From Octopus sinensis (Eukaryota): a DNA stretch of 64,000 nt. Both the position numbers and the translations under genes were made by a program. Under the pieces are notes generated by a model. The model was not told the DNA's origin and did not search any database. It was given only the letters and a program-made list of their open reading frames with translations. Below are positions 35,900 through 49,329 of the stretch, piece by piece (positions within the stretch are counted from its first letter, which is position 1; each line of letters begins with the position of its first letter). The stretch lies in the NCBI RefSeq assembly GCF_006345805.1, contig NW_021831041.1, positions 124,001 through 188,000 on the forward strand. Reading direction: 5' to 3'.

Positions 35900-37040
35900 G
35901 CATGCTTCCATTAATTGAAACAGTTAAACATCTAAGATCTCCAACAAACTGAGGTATGTGCTCATCGTCATTTTCGAAGAAGGATTCAAAGTAGACAGCA
36001 ATTTTTTGGCCATCTCTTTTTATCAAAGTTTTCTTCTATAGTCATCGTGTAGAATTAATTCTTTAGGCCTGTCCGTTCTATTTAGTAATTAAATAGCTCT
36101 GAATATTTTTTGGCCATTGTTGAGCTGTTCAACCTCTTCGGCGTATTGTTCAAGTGTTCTTTGATGGAGTAGGCGTACTCTTCTCTTTATATCCCGTAGA
36201 GTGGAGTTCCTCTTATATTTTAGTTTTATTTGCATATCTGTTTAAATTGAGAAACAACAGCTTTATGGTCACTTTATAGAAGTGTGGATTTGAGATTACG
36301 TTCACAGGCTGTAAATAAGTACAGTCTTACTATTCTGTTTCTTTCTTTGTCCCATCCATGTTGTCATATGTCTTGCCGGATGTTTAAATGCCATCTTCCA
36401 CAAAAAGATCAAATCTACTGCAGAAGTCTATTAAAGCTGCGCCATTTGAGTTCTTTGTTTTTCTACTATAAGCTCCGATAAAATTTTTACAACGTGTTCC
36501 ATCTTTGCATTCCAGACCTGCAAAGAAAATGAGAGAAGTATGTATATCACCTGTACCCATTTGAGTAAAAATTTTCAACTTTATGAGGACATTTCATTGC
36601 TATACATATTCTTAGTGCATATGCGTTAGTGATCGTCAAAAGCGTTTTCCCCATCATTAGTTTTAAGACTAATATCTTGTCATTGATTCTCCAGGATTTG
36701 TTAATTGATTTACTGCAACTACATGTCTGTAGTGTCTACATTCCGGTTTTAGTGGAATAATCTTATATAATTCAGAAATCTCATCGAGATCCTTTTTGAG
36801 CTTAGTTTCTTGAAAGTAAGCTACTAAAACTGCATAATAGATTAGATCCTCAGTCAATTTTGTTCTAAGAGAAAATTCATCTGACATTGAACGTCATAAA
36901 TACGAACTATCCCGGATGTGTATTAGACATTAGAAAGACGCCACCACCTCAACCGATTATTACTAAGACCAGATGGGGACTCTTCGGCCACTACTACAGA
37001 TATATTTCTTTTTTCCGCTAATGAAATCATTGAAACATAC
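35900..37040 (-). mobile_element. RTE-clade LINE 5' part (APE endonuclease), degenerate
   Basis: TFNVR, VAYFQETK, GAALIDFC and KIAVYFESFF, homologous to the 17430 copy. Confidence 0.7.
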
Positions 37041-37095
37041 TTTTCGAGGCAGTCCACAAACGACATTGCCACTCATCATAAATAATGACCTAAAT

Positions 37096-38120
37096 CAGGC
37101 ATTCTCAACCTTTTTTTGTTCATCGCCCCCTTAGATATTTTATCGCCCCCTTGTCCCCATACAATTTAAAAATTTTTGGGCATTGTCCCTTAATTGGTTG
37201 TTTTTTGTATATAACTCAAAAATCAAAATATAAAATAATAAATCAAATGTAAAAAATTGAATTTTTATTAAAAATTATTAGTGAGACTCGATATTGATGT
37301 TTACTCGCTAAGTATTCTATGTCAGGTTTAAATTAAATAATAATAATAATAAATCCCATTAAAACAGCTTTACTATCTACAATGACGCTTTCATCAATTT
37401 GTAATGAAAACTTACTTCGCTTTAGTCTTTCAATAAGGATTTCCTTTACATTGTCACCCATTTCATCAATTCTTCGACGAATCACCTGAACGCGTTATTT
37501 AATGGTTAAGACGGTGATTTTGTTTGGCTTAAATAATAATAATAATCGAATCATTGCTAAGAGGTAGACTTTTAATAATTTTAGAAGCATCTTGATGCAT
37601 TACATCCAATATTATTACTTCCAGTGATGGAATTATTGCATTTTCTGCGATAGTATGAGAACTGGAAGTTTTGCAATAATTTCAGCAATTTTATAAGAAG
37701 CGATGTGCGCATCCACAACTATATATAAATAAATGTTAAATAACCATCATGTACTGGCTTTGTGAATAACGATTTGATCGTTTTCTTATTTTCAAAATTG
37801 TATTTTAAATTTTGAAAATATTCAATCGGCTTTGACATTTTATCCGGGTGCTTGCGTTTTAGATGATCCTGTAATCGTGATGGCTTCATCGCCTCATTTG
37901 AGAAAGAACATTGACAACTAAGACAATAAGGCTGTTTTGTATCTTCAGTACTTTGAATAAACCCATATTTTAAATATTCGTTTTGATAATGACGACTTTT
38001 CTTATTTGAGCGAGAAGACATCTTAGATACCAAACAAGAATGTAAAAGCAGCGTGCTATTTTAAAATCGGCCCCCTGTACAAAATTTTCGCCCCCCTAGG
38101 GGGGCGATTCGCCCCCGGTT
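37096..38120 (-). mobile_element. internally deleted Buster-type hAT
   Basis: Left end CAGGCATTCTCAACC after ACCTAAAT (central TA). BED finger YLKYGF..PYCLSC..NEAMKPSRLQDHL..KH, plus ASYKIA and PLSN..RRI. The right terminus is truncated after CCCCCGGTT. Confidence 0.85.
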
Positions 38121-38192
38121 AAACTTAAAATAATTGTCAATCATATTTCATAGTAAACATAACAACAAAATTTTTCAGTAATAAAATTAAAA

Positions 38193-38869
38193 TCAGCCGA
38201 CCATTTCCCGTTTTCTTCCCCTTAAACGAACCTGTTCATATTTTGCAGCTCCAGCAGGACACAAAATAGAATAATTATGAACAAGAGCAGCAAACAAGTC
38301 AGTTGTATCACCATGTGTGGAACAAAGTGATCTCTCGAGGACATAAATATCGACTCCCATGTCTTCCGATGAATGAACGTTCACCTGAGCCAATCCAAAG
38401 TCTATCAAATGAATTGATCGTTGGTCTTTGGGGTCGATCAGGATGTTGGAAGTTGTAAGATCCCCGTGAATGACAAATTTGGCGTGTAATGTGCCCAAAA
38501 TAGTGCCAAGTGATTCAAATATTTGTTTCATTCCATCATTGGTCTTGTTTTCGACCATAAATTGTCTGAGAGTTATAGATTGTGATATATATTCCATGTA
38601 TATTAGTCCACGGGATATGTCGACTAGGTAGATAGAGGGAGTTTTTATTCCGATTTCTTTGCAGCGAAATATCGCTTTTATTTCGGCTTTTATGCGATGT
38701 TGTGTTAACGATTTGTCCAGGTCAGGATTCCGGTATTTTCGTGGAAATCTTTCTTTTATTATGCAGGGGAATGTGAAAAACTGAGATATGTACAATTTAC
38801 TTTCTGCTCCTTGTTTCCATATCTAATTTATTAGTATCCCACGTGAATAACTTTGTATGTCAAATCCAT
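38193..38869 (-). CDS. TP53RK: EKC/KEOPS complex kinase TP53RK/Bud32, one 29-nt intron
   Basis: MDLTYK|IWKQGAES, KERFPRKYR, HGDLTTSN, LIDFGL, EDMGVDIYVLER and VRLRGRKREMVG. Confidence 0.95.
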
Positions 38870-38929
38870 TTAAAATTAATTAACATTTTATTATATATTT
38901 TATGAAAAAAACTACAAATATTAATAAGT

Positions 38930-40450
38930 TTATTTGGTTAAATGGAGACCAGAAGAAACATTTATTGCATCCCACGGAAAAAGCGGAGAAATACCCCTGA
39001 AACCGCTTTGATTCAATTTTATGCCTGTTTAGACCCATTCTTATGTGACACGGAATTCCGTAACCAGCCAGACACAAAACGACATGGACTGAAATCAGAA
39101 AGGATTCAAATGGAAATTACATAAAAATATTCAATCAAATAGACTACATTCTCTGCAAAGCTGCCCATAAACATTTATTTTGGATTCGGGATCATATGGG
39201 TGATTAAAGACAAATAGTGACCAAAACAAGGCATACAACCAACTAAAAAAACTGACTAACATGAAAGTTTCAATCTTGAACTATTCAAAGATAAAAAAAT
39301 TTAAAACAGAAGTACTCAAACAAACCACAAGAAAAACTCAACGATATTGACATGACGAAGTCTGCAAATACACTATAAAATGATGTGACCAGTTTAATGA
39401 AGTAGACAGTTCTAAATGTAATTGAATTCATTCAAAAACAACGCAAATTTCACAATAACGAGATATTTCCACTTTCAGAAAAGCATAAAGACTTGAAGTT
39501 AAGAATACAAAACAATTCTAAAAACATAAGAAAACTTTGAAAATTACGCACTTAGATATAACTAAATAGAAAGAAAATACACAAATCGCTAATTTATAAA
39601 GAAATCGAAAAGCAACTCCAAAAAATATAAAGCAAAAAAATGAGACAAAAATGTTTGTAGCCATGAGACTGTTAATCAAAAAAGAGAGCATACATGATCA
39701 CAGTCTTGGACATCATGAGAGCTGCCGTCATTGGCAACAAAGGCAAAGTAGAGGCTATTTCTGCTTAACTGGGAGAGTGAATAAGATACAAACTTTACCA
39801 ACATACCGTAGGAGCACAGAGTTTGCAAATAAACACTTGTGAAGTATTGGAGGAAATCAAAAAACTAAAAAAAGGCAAGTCTGGAAGACCAGATAATACC
39901 CACCTGAACTAGTAAAGTACGTGCCAATGAAGGTTGCTGAAATCATTGCAAATATCCTGAAGAAAATATTTGAGCAGAATACTTTATTAGATTTCGGGAA
40001 AGAATGGTTAATTACATTGCAGAAACACGAAAAACAGAAAAATTCCTACTTAGCTTAAACCTATTATTCTACTAACGACACTCCTGAAAACATTGTCGTT
40101 GGTTGCATCGTAGAGGATAAAAATTAAGGTGAAAAATTTTCTGTCACCGAAGCAAAATGTGTTCAGAACTGTCAAGTCCACTGCTGATGTTATCTTGACA
40201 CACAGATGCCTCTGCCTGATGTCCAAAATACAAATGCGCTAAGATACTTTAAATTTATATGTCCAAAACACTCTACTAAGTTCATGGAATTAAACTTGTG
40301 GAAATACTCATGACTTTTTTAATCAGAACAATATCAAAAGTCTTCAAGACACTCAATTAATAACTGAACTTGATAAAATTGTGTAAAACTATTTCTACAC
40401 ATTACAGGCCATACGACAGTGCGACTTGCTTTCCCCCAGTTTGGTTTATT
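38930..40450 (+). mobile_element. RTE-clade LINE, heavily degenerate
   Basis: CDTEF...TWT, NQIDY, KKGKS.RPDN.PPELVKY and KSTADVI remnants. Confidence 0.7.
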
Positions 40451-40832
40451 TCTAACTAGAGACACCATTTAGAGATTTTAGGCCTCTTTTCGACAATTGA
40501 ATCATTACCAAATATATTTTCCAAATGACTTTTAATAGTCAATCATAATAAAATGGAATATAAAAACCCGGAGAATATATCAATGGACAGTTTCGCTAAA
40601 AATAACTTTAATGATGACATATAAAGAATCATTATTAGTAAACTCGATGGTCTCCAATGCGGAAATTCATTTCTCACTTCAGGTATTCTGGACGATTTTA
40701 GGCCTTTGTTTGTACTTTTGATTTATCAACTGCATAGGGATAAGGAACATTCCTACTATCCAACTCAGTATCCCTTAATTTGTGCCTGAAGGAGACAATC
40801 ATATTTTCTAGTTTCCTTTTTATAAGAAAGTA

Positions 40833-43800
40833 CAGTACGACCCCGCCCCAATAAAACCCCGGCCTTGGGGCACCCTCTGTATTTGGGGCGATTTTTTTAA
40901 TAAAAATTATTTTGAATGATTTCTCAGTTTTTGTATATTTTTTGACCAATAAGAAGCTTAAATTTGAAATACGAAACCCCGCTTATTGGGGCACTTTTTC
41001 AATCGATAATATTAAAATTTATTATTTCATTTTTATTCTTTATTTAATTAATTTTTAAATATTTTTAAGCATGCCAGCGAAGCTTAGTCGGAACTTGAAG
41101 CAAAAGATTTCCGAATCATTAATGAAAGGAGATATTTCTGAAAGAAAAATTTGTCGATTATATAATATTGGGAAAGGAACTGTCTCAAGAATAAAAAAAG
41201 AAATTGGAAAAGGATTTTCAAAAGCAGAAACGTGCTCTGATGAACACTCGTTTAAGAACTTTTGAATCAGATCTTTCTATCGAATTGATCGATTAGTCTT
41301 TGAAGTTTTTAAATTTGGAGAAGATGGGATTTCAGTTTCAGGATTTCTCCTGAAAACTGTTGCAAAAAAATTGCATCGAATTTTAACTTCGATAATTTTA
41401 AAGCATCGAATGGACGAACGAACGAACAGATTTTATTGACTTAGCAACCGAAAGAGAAGAGTTATATAAAAGGTTTTATTAAAATCGAGACACCGAAAGC
41501 CTCCTCCTTGCTTTCCTTTCACTTCTCATGCCCTTTGCAATGAGCAGAGGACTTGCCGAATGTTTTGAGTTTGTTTGTCTAGCTCTCTGGGGAGATCCTG
41601 ATCAAGCCGTAGCTTATACGCCAGTTTAATCGCAAAGCGCCTTGTTTTCTCCATTTGGTGATTATGCGATTTCTCTCGTCTGTAGGGTACCAACCTTCAT
41701 GTCCAACTGGTTCTACAGTCGCCTTATATGAAGAAAAGGTGTCTGGGAGAGATGGAAGCGTATAAGGCTTCTCAGGATCCCGGAACATTTCCTTCTTTTA
41801 GATTCCACGAACTTAAGGAACGATCCGTCAGCCCCGATCGTTACCCCAAGGTAGCGTAGGTCGTCAGAAATTCTTAGTCCCATTGTCTCCAGAAGTGGTT
41901 CTCTTCCTTTCCGAGTTTTAGAAATCCACGTGATGGTGGACTTGTCTCGTGCTAAGAGAGGGCTTTCTCCATTGCCCAAGCCAAGACCAACCCTCGCTAC
42001 ATATTCCCTCAGCCTTTTCCAAGAGAGGTCCTTGGATCGCGACAGATCCGTAACCAATATGTCGTCCGCATAGATAATTAGTAGACTCTCCGGATTTTCT
42101 GGTTTCGGGATGTCGGCAACGTATAAGTTGAAAAGTAGAGGGCTCAGGACCGACCCTTGAGGCACTCCCCTCCTTAGATTGATTGTATCCGAGGTCCGGT
42201 TACCACATCTGATAAAAGACTTTCGCATGTGTAGGAAATTCTCTAGCCATTTAACAGTCCTTTGCCCCGGATGGATACTGATGATCCTTTCCAGGAGGCC
42301 TAGGTGCCAAACGCTGTCGAACGCCTTTGAGATGTCCAGACAAACAGCTGTCATCCCCATCTTGTGTGTAAGGGCCCTCGAGATTTGCGTTTCCAGTTGG
42401 GCAAAGCAGTTTCCACAGGACTTCCCACGTCGGAAACCCCATTGTTCTTTAGCCAGGTAACCTGACTCCTCCACGAGAATAGATAATCTGTTAAAGATTA
42501 TACGTTCCATGATTCTTGATATGGAGCAGATGAGACTTATGGGTCGGAAATTTTCTGCACGGTCTTTAGGTTTCCCTGCCTTTGGAATCATTCGTACCAC
42601 GGTTTTCTTCCATGCATTCGGGACGTATCCAGTCTCCCAACTGGCATTGAAAAGTATCGTTATTATCTTGACTAGGCTTATCGGGGCCTCTTTGAAGACT
42701 CGGACGGGTATGTAATCAAAACCCGGTGCGTTGTCCTTGCATCTTTTAATTGCTAGTAGGGTTTCATCCAGAGTGATTGCGTGACAAAGTCGACCAGGGG
42801 ACATTTTCGCAGAGGCTATTGCCCTCTTTTTATCGTCCATTATATCTGTCGGGACAAAACAGCTCGGGTCGACATCTTGAATTTTCGCCAGTTGTTGACG
42901 TAAAGCGTCAGGTACATCGTCTCGGTTGATGGCATAGCCATTTTCTGTGGTTAAATTGATTTCATCTCCTTTGCATTCCGTTTCCTTTAGGCGATTATAT
43001 GCCTTCCAGAAACTTGGGTGTCTTCGATTAAGCTTAGAGCATTCCAATCTCCAAGCTGAGTCAATGTTTTCTTTAGACCTTTTGTCGATCCTCTTTTTAA
43101 GAGAGGAAATCATTACTCGTAGGCGTGTGCAGTCTGTTGGGTCAAAACATCTGCGTAGCCTCTTCTGGTATCTTGCCTTTTCTTTCAGGAGACTCACTAC
43201 TGTGTCGTCGAGTTCATGAGTCCCTCCACCAGAGTGTTTAATGAACTTCTCCAAAGAAGTGTTGATAAGATTCCTAACGAGCTGGTCCAGACTTTCAATT
43301 TGTTTTGTCGTGTGAACTGCTACCCGATGTATGAGTGACTCTAGCGAGGTTGTCAGGAATAGGGACACAAGGGGCCAATTCGTTTGATTGGTATTGTATC
43401 CAATAAATACTTCAGCTTGCAGAACTGAGCCTGCACGCAACACCATTGTTTGAGGAAGGTGATCGCTTCCGATATCAATTTCAATGCGTGGGCGGTCACA
43501 GAGGGGAGCTAAGCAGTCCGCCACGAGAAACACACCAAGTCGATCTTCTCCGTAACATGAGAAGTGATTCGTTTCGTCAGAGGACCAGACCTCAAAACCG
43601 TGTCTCGCCGATAAGGTATGAAGTAACCGTCCGTCACTGTTTGTTGATACGCATCCATATAGCGAGTTCTTTGCGTTTAGGTCTCCGACTAGAATCGACT
43701 TTCCATTTGCCTTGAAGAAACCTCCAACTAGGTCTGGGTAACTCTTGAGGTCCTTTGAGTACATCCCCCCAATAGTGATCCATCCCAGAGATGTATGGGG

Positions 43801-46614
43801 CTCGAGAGACAGCATTTCGCATCGACTTTCTTCTATTCTCCTGTGGTTTCTTGTTTGAAGGTTTTCTTTATAGTAGATGCACGATCCGGTTCCCGCATTT
43901 GCAAACGGTTTCCAGGCAATACTCAATGACTTGTATCCTTTGATGCTGAAGGATTGGCCTTCCTTCAGTTTCGATTCATTGATAACAAGTATATCCATGT
44001 CTACGGAGCCAATCATGTGGAGTAGCTCCGTAGCCCGTCTCCAAAGAGATCGGGCGTTGACGAGCGTTATAACGCTCATATCTTTCCGTCTGGATACTGG
44101 CGGCAGACCTCTCCCTTTAAGAGCGCCACCAGGAGGAGTAAACCCTCTCCCTTCTTTTTTGTCAGCGGCTTTTTGTCCGTAATCATTAATTTGATGTCCG
44201 ACTCCAGCTTCTCAGCGTATGACAGTCCCTCCATTTGCCACGGCATAATAGAAGGGTTCTGCTTCCCTTTTCGATGGGACTGTATCTCTTTTGGGTTTAC
44301 CGCTTTCAGTCTGTAGTGGTTTTCCTTCTTGTTTAGGAATATTGGTAGCCAGTGCGTCTGGTTTTGAAGGCTCGACGACCACACTCAGTGCTTCTGATTT
44401 CGGATGGGGTATTAATCCGACTCCAATAAATTGAGTTTCCTCGCGGAGGTTCTCAGTTTCTTCATCTGTTTGGGTTCCTACGTCGAAAGTGTCCTTCTTT
44501 TGTCGACCGTCTTCCACTCTGACGGATGTGGTTTGCTTTTAGGACTGGGTTTTGTTGTTTCTTCTTTCATATGGCAACTGCTGCTGATATTGTCTTTGGA
44601 ATAGACAATTTTTTGTGTCCTAAGCCGGAAGATCTCTTCCTTTGGTGATTTTTGGTCTCGTTTGGACATACTTAGTATGACCTTTAAGGCTTCCTTCGCT
44701 TTAGGGCAACCTCGAAAGCTTGCCAATGCTCTGTCGATCCGCAATTAATACAGATTTTGGAGATTTGCCCTTGTTTTGAGCACGAAGCTCGATCATGATC
44801 TTCTCCACAGAGTAAGCACCTTCTTTTTTCTTTGCAGTTTTGGGACAAGTGCCCAAAATTCTGACAGGATAGCACTGTGGTGCCGGTTTACGGAACCACT
44901 CACAAGATACACGGTGAAAAGCATTGTGATGGCCATTCTGACCAGAGATGCTGCCTCACCACGGTTCGGGATTACTACCTTCGCCATTGGCAATGGGGCG
45001 ACCATTTTTTGAAAACATTCTACTTTGAATCCGGGCGACAGTATAGACTGAAGATAGTCTTCGAGTTCTGGAGTGCCAACCCAATACGGTAGGTTCCTTA
45101 GGACGACCTCTGATGGGCCGAGGGATGCTTCCTTGATGGTGTGACCTTCTACTCCAAAGGGTTTTGTATCTCGGAAATCTTCAGTAAAACTTTTCGCCTC
45201 TTTCTCCGACGGAAAAGTGAGGACAAAGTCCCCGTTGCGGCGACGATAAACTTTCGATTGTTTTACGCTTTCACGTGAACATAAAATATTTGCGATGATG
45301 ATGGCCCCCAAAGACTGGTTGTTTATAGTTAAAATTAGAGTTTTTGACATATTTTGTATCCAAATTGACAATGGACCTGATTTGCATCATCGAATGGATG
45401 GTTGGATCGTTTTAAAAAACGTCACGAATTACTATTTAAAGTAATTTCCGGAGAAAAGAACTTGTGCGACAAAGATAAGATCGAAGATTTTTTAATGACT
45501 ACGACAATTTATTTGATAAATTCGAGAAAAAATATATTTTCAACTGTGACAAACATCCCTTTTTGTCAAAAAGAATTCATGTAAATCATTTGTATCTTCG
45601 AATGATGACTGTTTCGGTAAAACAAAAAGTAAAGAACGAGTTCCGGTTCTTTTATGCTGCAGCCTTGAAGGTGAGAAATTAAAGCCCCTTGTTATCGGGA
45701 ATTCAAATCCCCAAGATGCTTAAAAAATAAAAACTGAAGATTATGGAGTATGTTGTATTAGATTATTTTTAGGTTTTGTACACTGCATCAAAAAATGCTT
45801 GGATGACGATTGATAGTTTCGATAAATGGTTACAGAAGATAAACTTCAAAATGGCTCAAAAAACAAAAATTTTGATTCTATGGATAATGAACCGTGCCAC
45901 AAATTACAAAGAATATTCAAACTTATCATTTCTTAAATTTCCTAAAATACAACCACTTCTTCAACCTTTAGATATGGGGATCATAAATTCGTTTAAAGCC
46001 TATTATAGCAACGTTCTTTATGAAATGATATGTACTGATGATCTTAAAAAATACTATTCGACTTTATTGAAAATTAATATGAGGCAAATAATCGCATATG
46101 TGGGAGAAGCATGGAGTCGAGTAACAACAACAATTGTCAATTGTTGGATGAAAATAAACGAACAGAGAACATGTTTTCCTGAAATTAATTCAAAAAAGAA
46201 TCTGAATTAATTGATAAGCATGTTTTAGCTTTAATGGATCTTGAAATAAACGGAATTGAGGATAATGATACTTTGTATAATGGAAATGATGAAATTGAAG
46301 GGTCCGACTTAAAAGATTCAATGAGAATAATTAATGATCTTGAAACTTCCTTATTCAACACTTGCCCTGAAGGACTCAAAGAATACTATGAATTCAAGAT
46401 AAAAATGTCGAAGATTCTAAGAAATTATAATACTGGATTCAAAATAACTGATTATTTTTCATAGAATAAATTAATTCCTCTTTTTTAATACGAAAAAATA
46501 TTTTATTATTAAAAAATACAGATATTTGCTTTTAAAATGTAAAATTATATACCCTCTATCTTAGGGGCACCCTCTATATTTGGGGCACTTTTCTATTGGG
46601 GCGGGGTCGTACTG
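40833..46614 (+). mobile_element. pogo/Tigger element (TA TSD) interrupted by a full-length LINE
   Basis: TA|CAGTACGACCCCGCCCCAATA ... TATTGGGGCGGGGTCGTACTG|TA. HTH at 41071, FKASNG|WLDRFKKRH split by the LINE, and DDE_1 motifs KPLVIG, AWMT and LQPLDMGII. Confidence 0.93.
41415..45387 (-). mobile_element. full-length Jockey/I-like LINE (ORF1 with three Cys-His knuckles; ORF2 APE plus RT), (TTCG)3 tail, 11-bp TSD CATCGAATGGA
   Basis: TSD at 41404-41414 and 45388-45398. ORF1 starts at 45350 and is frameshifted. ORF2 44079-41713 (788 aa) has GDLNAK, SDHLP, FRPISL, LDISKAFD, GVPQGSVLSP and YADD. AATAAA precedes the tail. Confidence 0.95.
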
Positions 46615-46689
46615 TATAATTAACTTAAATGGATGTTTCAATTTCTCAAACACCATGTTTAATAAAATTAATTATGTAAATTCTATCTT

Positions 46690-47144
46690 AAATTATTTAA
46701 GAATCCAGATCGTCAGTGATTTCTCTTCTTCGCTTGGAAAAAGAGTTTGCAAACAAAATTCTCATCATTTTCCATTCTGCGTCAAGTAATTGTTCACTGA
46801 GTGTCCTCACGACATGCCAGCTCCGCAAGTTGATTGGCGGCAGAGGCGTACTCCTCGTTGTTCCTTCATCCCATGTCTGTGTTCAATACATACTCTCTAG
46901 AGTCCTCTCTCAGCACAACCGACTGGATGTATGTCCTCGTTCCTTCTTCAATGGATAATTTGTCCATATGACTTTTAAAGAACTTTGAGACAACTCCATC
47001 CCATGTCAAGACAATTGGAATAATCTTCACTTTGCTCATAGAGAACCGACATTTCTTTGCAAGCAGGTCATATTTGTGAAATTTCTCCACTTCAACTTGC
47101 TTTAAACGGTTTGCGAGGGATATTTCAAACATTAAAGCATTCAT
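46690..47144 (-). mobile_element. second R4/Dong-like 3' fragment
   Basis: KQVEVEKFHKYDLLA..KVKIIPIVLTWDGVVSKFFK..TYIQ, homologous to 32700-33300. Confidence 0.8.
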
Positions 47145-47314
47145 AAAAAATAATGAAGGTCAAACGTAGCAGATTTTCAGTTTTTTTTCTTTATTAGAAA
47201 CTGTGATTTTAGCAGAGGTAAATATTTTTTTACTATCAATTTTCAAAAAATATTCATTTTCTAATACTATTGACGCAACGAATAGTTTATAATATTGTTA
47301 GTAAATTACGTTTA

Positions 47315-47561
47315 ATGCTAACATTAACACTGTTTCTATTTCTGCAAAACTCGATGTCACTAATAGTTCACAAGACAGAAAATATGGCACATACTGACCC
47401 AGTCCAGACTGATGAGGACGACCTTTCAGACTGGAGTTATCTAGGACTTCGTATGGATCTGGTAGTATAATTTTCCTTTATGTTTAGCTGAGGATGCTGT
47501 TCGAGGTTTATTACGGGTAAGAGTGCTTTAAATTTTTAATAGAATTTGGGGCTTTTTTTAA
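47315..47561 (+). CDS. candidate 64-aa small protein with signal-peptide-like N-terminus, two 26-nt introns
   Basis: MLTLTLFLFLQNSMSLIVHKTENMAHTDPVQTDEDDLSDWSYLGLRMDL|LRMLFEVYYG|IWGFF. GT-AG introns at 47462-47487 and 47517-47542. No homology recognised. Confidence 0.5.
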
Positions 47562-47885
47562 TTTTTACTAATATAACTATCATCAAAAACTAATCTATCC
47601 ATTTGTATTAATTTTATATTCTCTAAGACTATTAGTCTGTAAATCTACACCCTAACTGTGTGTCGGGAATCTACTAACTATAATTCTTGTTGCTAAAAAT
47701 CGTTTTTGTGATCTCCTTCATGCAAGCAGTGTTGGAAAAACAGTTCAAAAAATCAACAAACTATCAGAACCATTAACTGTTTGTCGTCTTTCTCCATTTC
47801 CTTTTCAACCAAACAAGGAATAAAAATTACTCCATTTTATTAAGCTTATTTATTTACAAATTATTCGAAAAAATGTCATAAAATG

Positions 47886-49329
47886 TTACAAACGGGAATG
47901 TTTATCCCTTCGTTTCTTACAGTCCGGACATTTTGCCATTTTTTTACATTTCTTGGAAGAATGACGGTGCTTTTTACACCGAAAATGAGCCTCCTCTGCC
48001 TGTCCATTCCCAACCTCCTCAGACTTGTCCAAGTCCCGGAATATAAACTCCCCTCGCCTACAACACTCATACCCAGCCCAACTCATGTCGATGGTGCCTC
48101 TGATTCAATGCAAACTCATCTGAGAGGGCCAACATTTCCTTTTCCCGAGAAGCAAGGTCAAGTACATGGTTAGGCTCAGCCGTCCTGCCCCTCGACTCCC
48201 TCCACGCCCCCAACAACTTGCTTACTGACTGAGAAAAGTCGACGTGTATTCTCCGGTCATCAATTAGGACATTATCCATTTTAAAATAGGCATCCTCACA
48301 GGAGGAGACCTGCCTGTTTTACCCCTCAAATCATACATTCTCAAACTCCACAAAAGCATACTGCAATGACTTACCAGTCCCTTTCTCACGGATTATTTCA
48401 CACCTCACAAAAATTGAATAAAACAACTTTAGAATATTCCCGAAGCGTGAAAATATCACCTCCAAGTCTTCATCGCTGGTCAATGGGTTAAGCTTGCATA
48501 CAAACAAAATATTCTCAGCTGGTTTGACCTCAGGGGCTGGCAGATCTCCAACCTATGACTGAGTGAGTGGAATAACCATTGTGAGAATATTGGCATTCAT
48601 TTCCCCATCCCTGTCCTCATTTATCCTCTCTACCTCCTCCTTAGATATACAAGTATCCAATTCCTCGTCATATTTTATCCTCCCAGTCTCCACCTCAGCA
48701 GCCTCATTAGTCGTAGGAGAATTAGGCGGAAAAATCAGTCCAGGCGGCTCATCGAAGGGATCCTCTTCTACCCACGTATGCAGAATCCTCACATCCCTAT
48801 AAGGGGTTCCATCATCCCCAGTCATCGTGTCGTTCAGTTTGCTGAGGACATCGAAAGTCTCCTCACAGACTGACCCAAAAACAGTGTGCTTTCCGTCCAA
48901 TGAGTCCAGACTGTTGGCCAAGGTGATAAAAAACTGAGAGCCGTGCAGTTTCTGGCCGTTATTGACCATGGAGAGAAGACCTTGTCTTTTGTGGGTTATT
49001 TTGGGGGTTTGTTCGGCCTCAAAGTACTTTCCGTCATCTCCGTAGAGATATCTAGGGTAGTCTTTAGTCCTTACTTGAAGACTGATTCTCCTCCGTTTCC
49101 TGTGGCTGTGGGATCCCCAGTTTGAGCTATGAAATTTCGCTGTGGGGTTATTTTGAATGTTTACTTTTATGAAGTGAAATAGACAAAAGTTGTAATATTT
49201 CATTTTGCATAATTTTAGGAATTTAGACAACCTTATTTGAATAATTAATTTATAAATACAGCGAGGACGTTCGTCTGTGAACAGCAGTACTTTCAAATTA
49301 CCCACAGAAGTGTTTATTGTGACAGACAT
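47886..49329 (-). CDS. PPIL4: cyclophilin-RRM protein PPIL4, 7 micro-introns (28, 25, 23, 24, 24, 27, 25 nt); apparent 1-nt deletion in exon 2
   Basis: [56 protein letters not shown] and [19 protein letters not shown]. The last intron and C-terminus are tentative. Confidence 0.93.
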
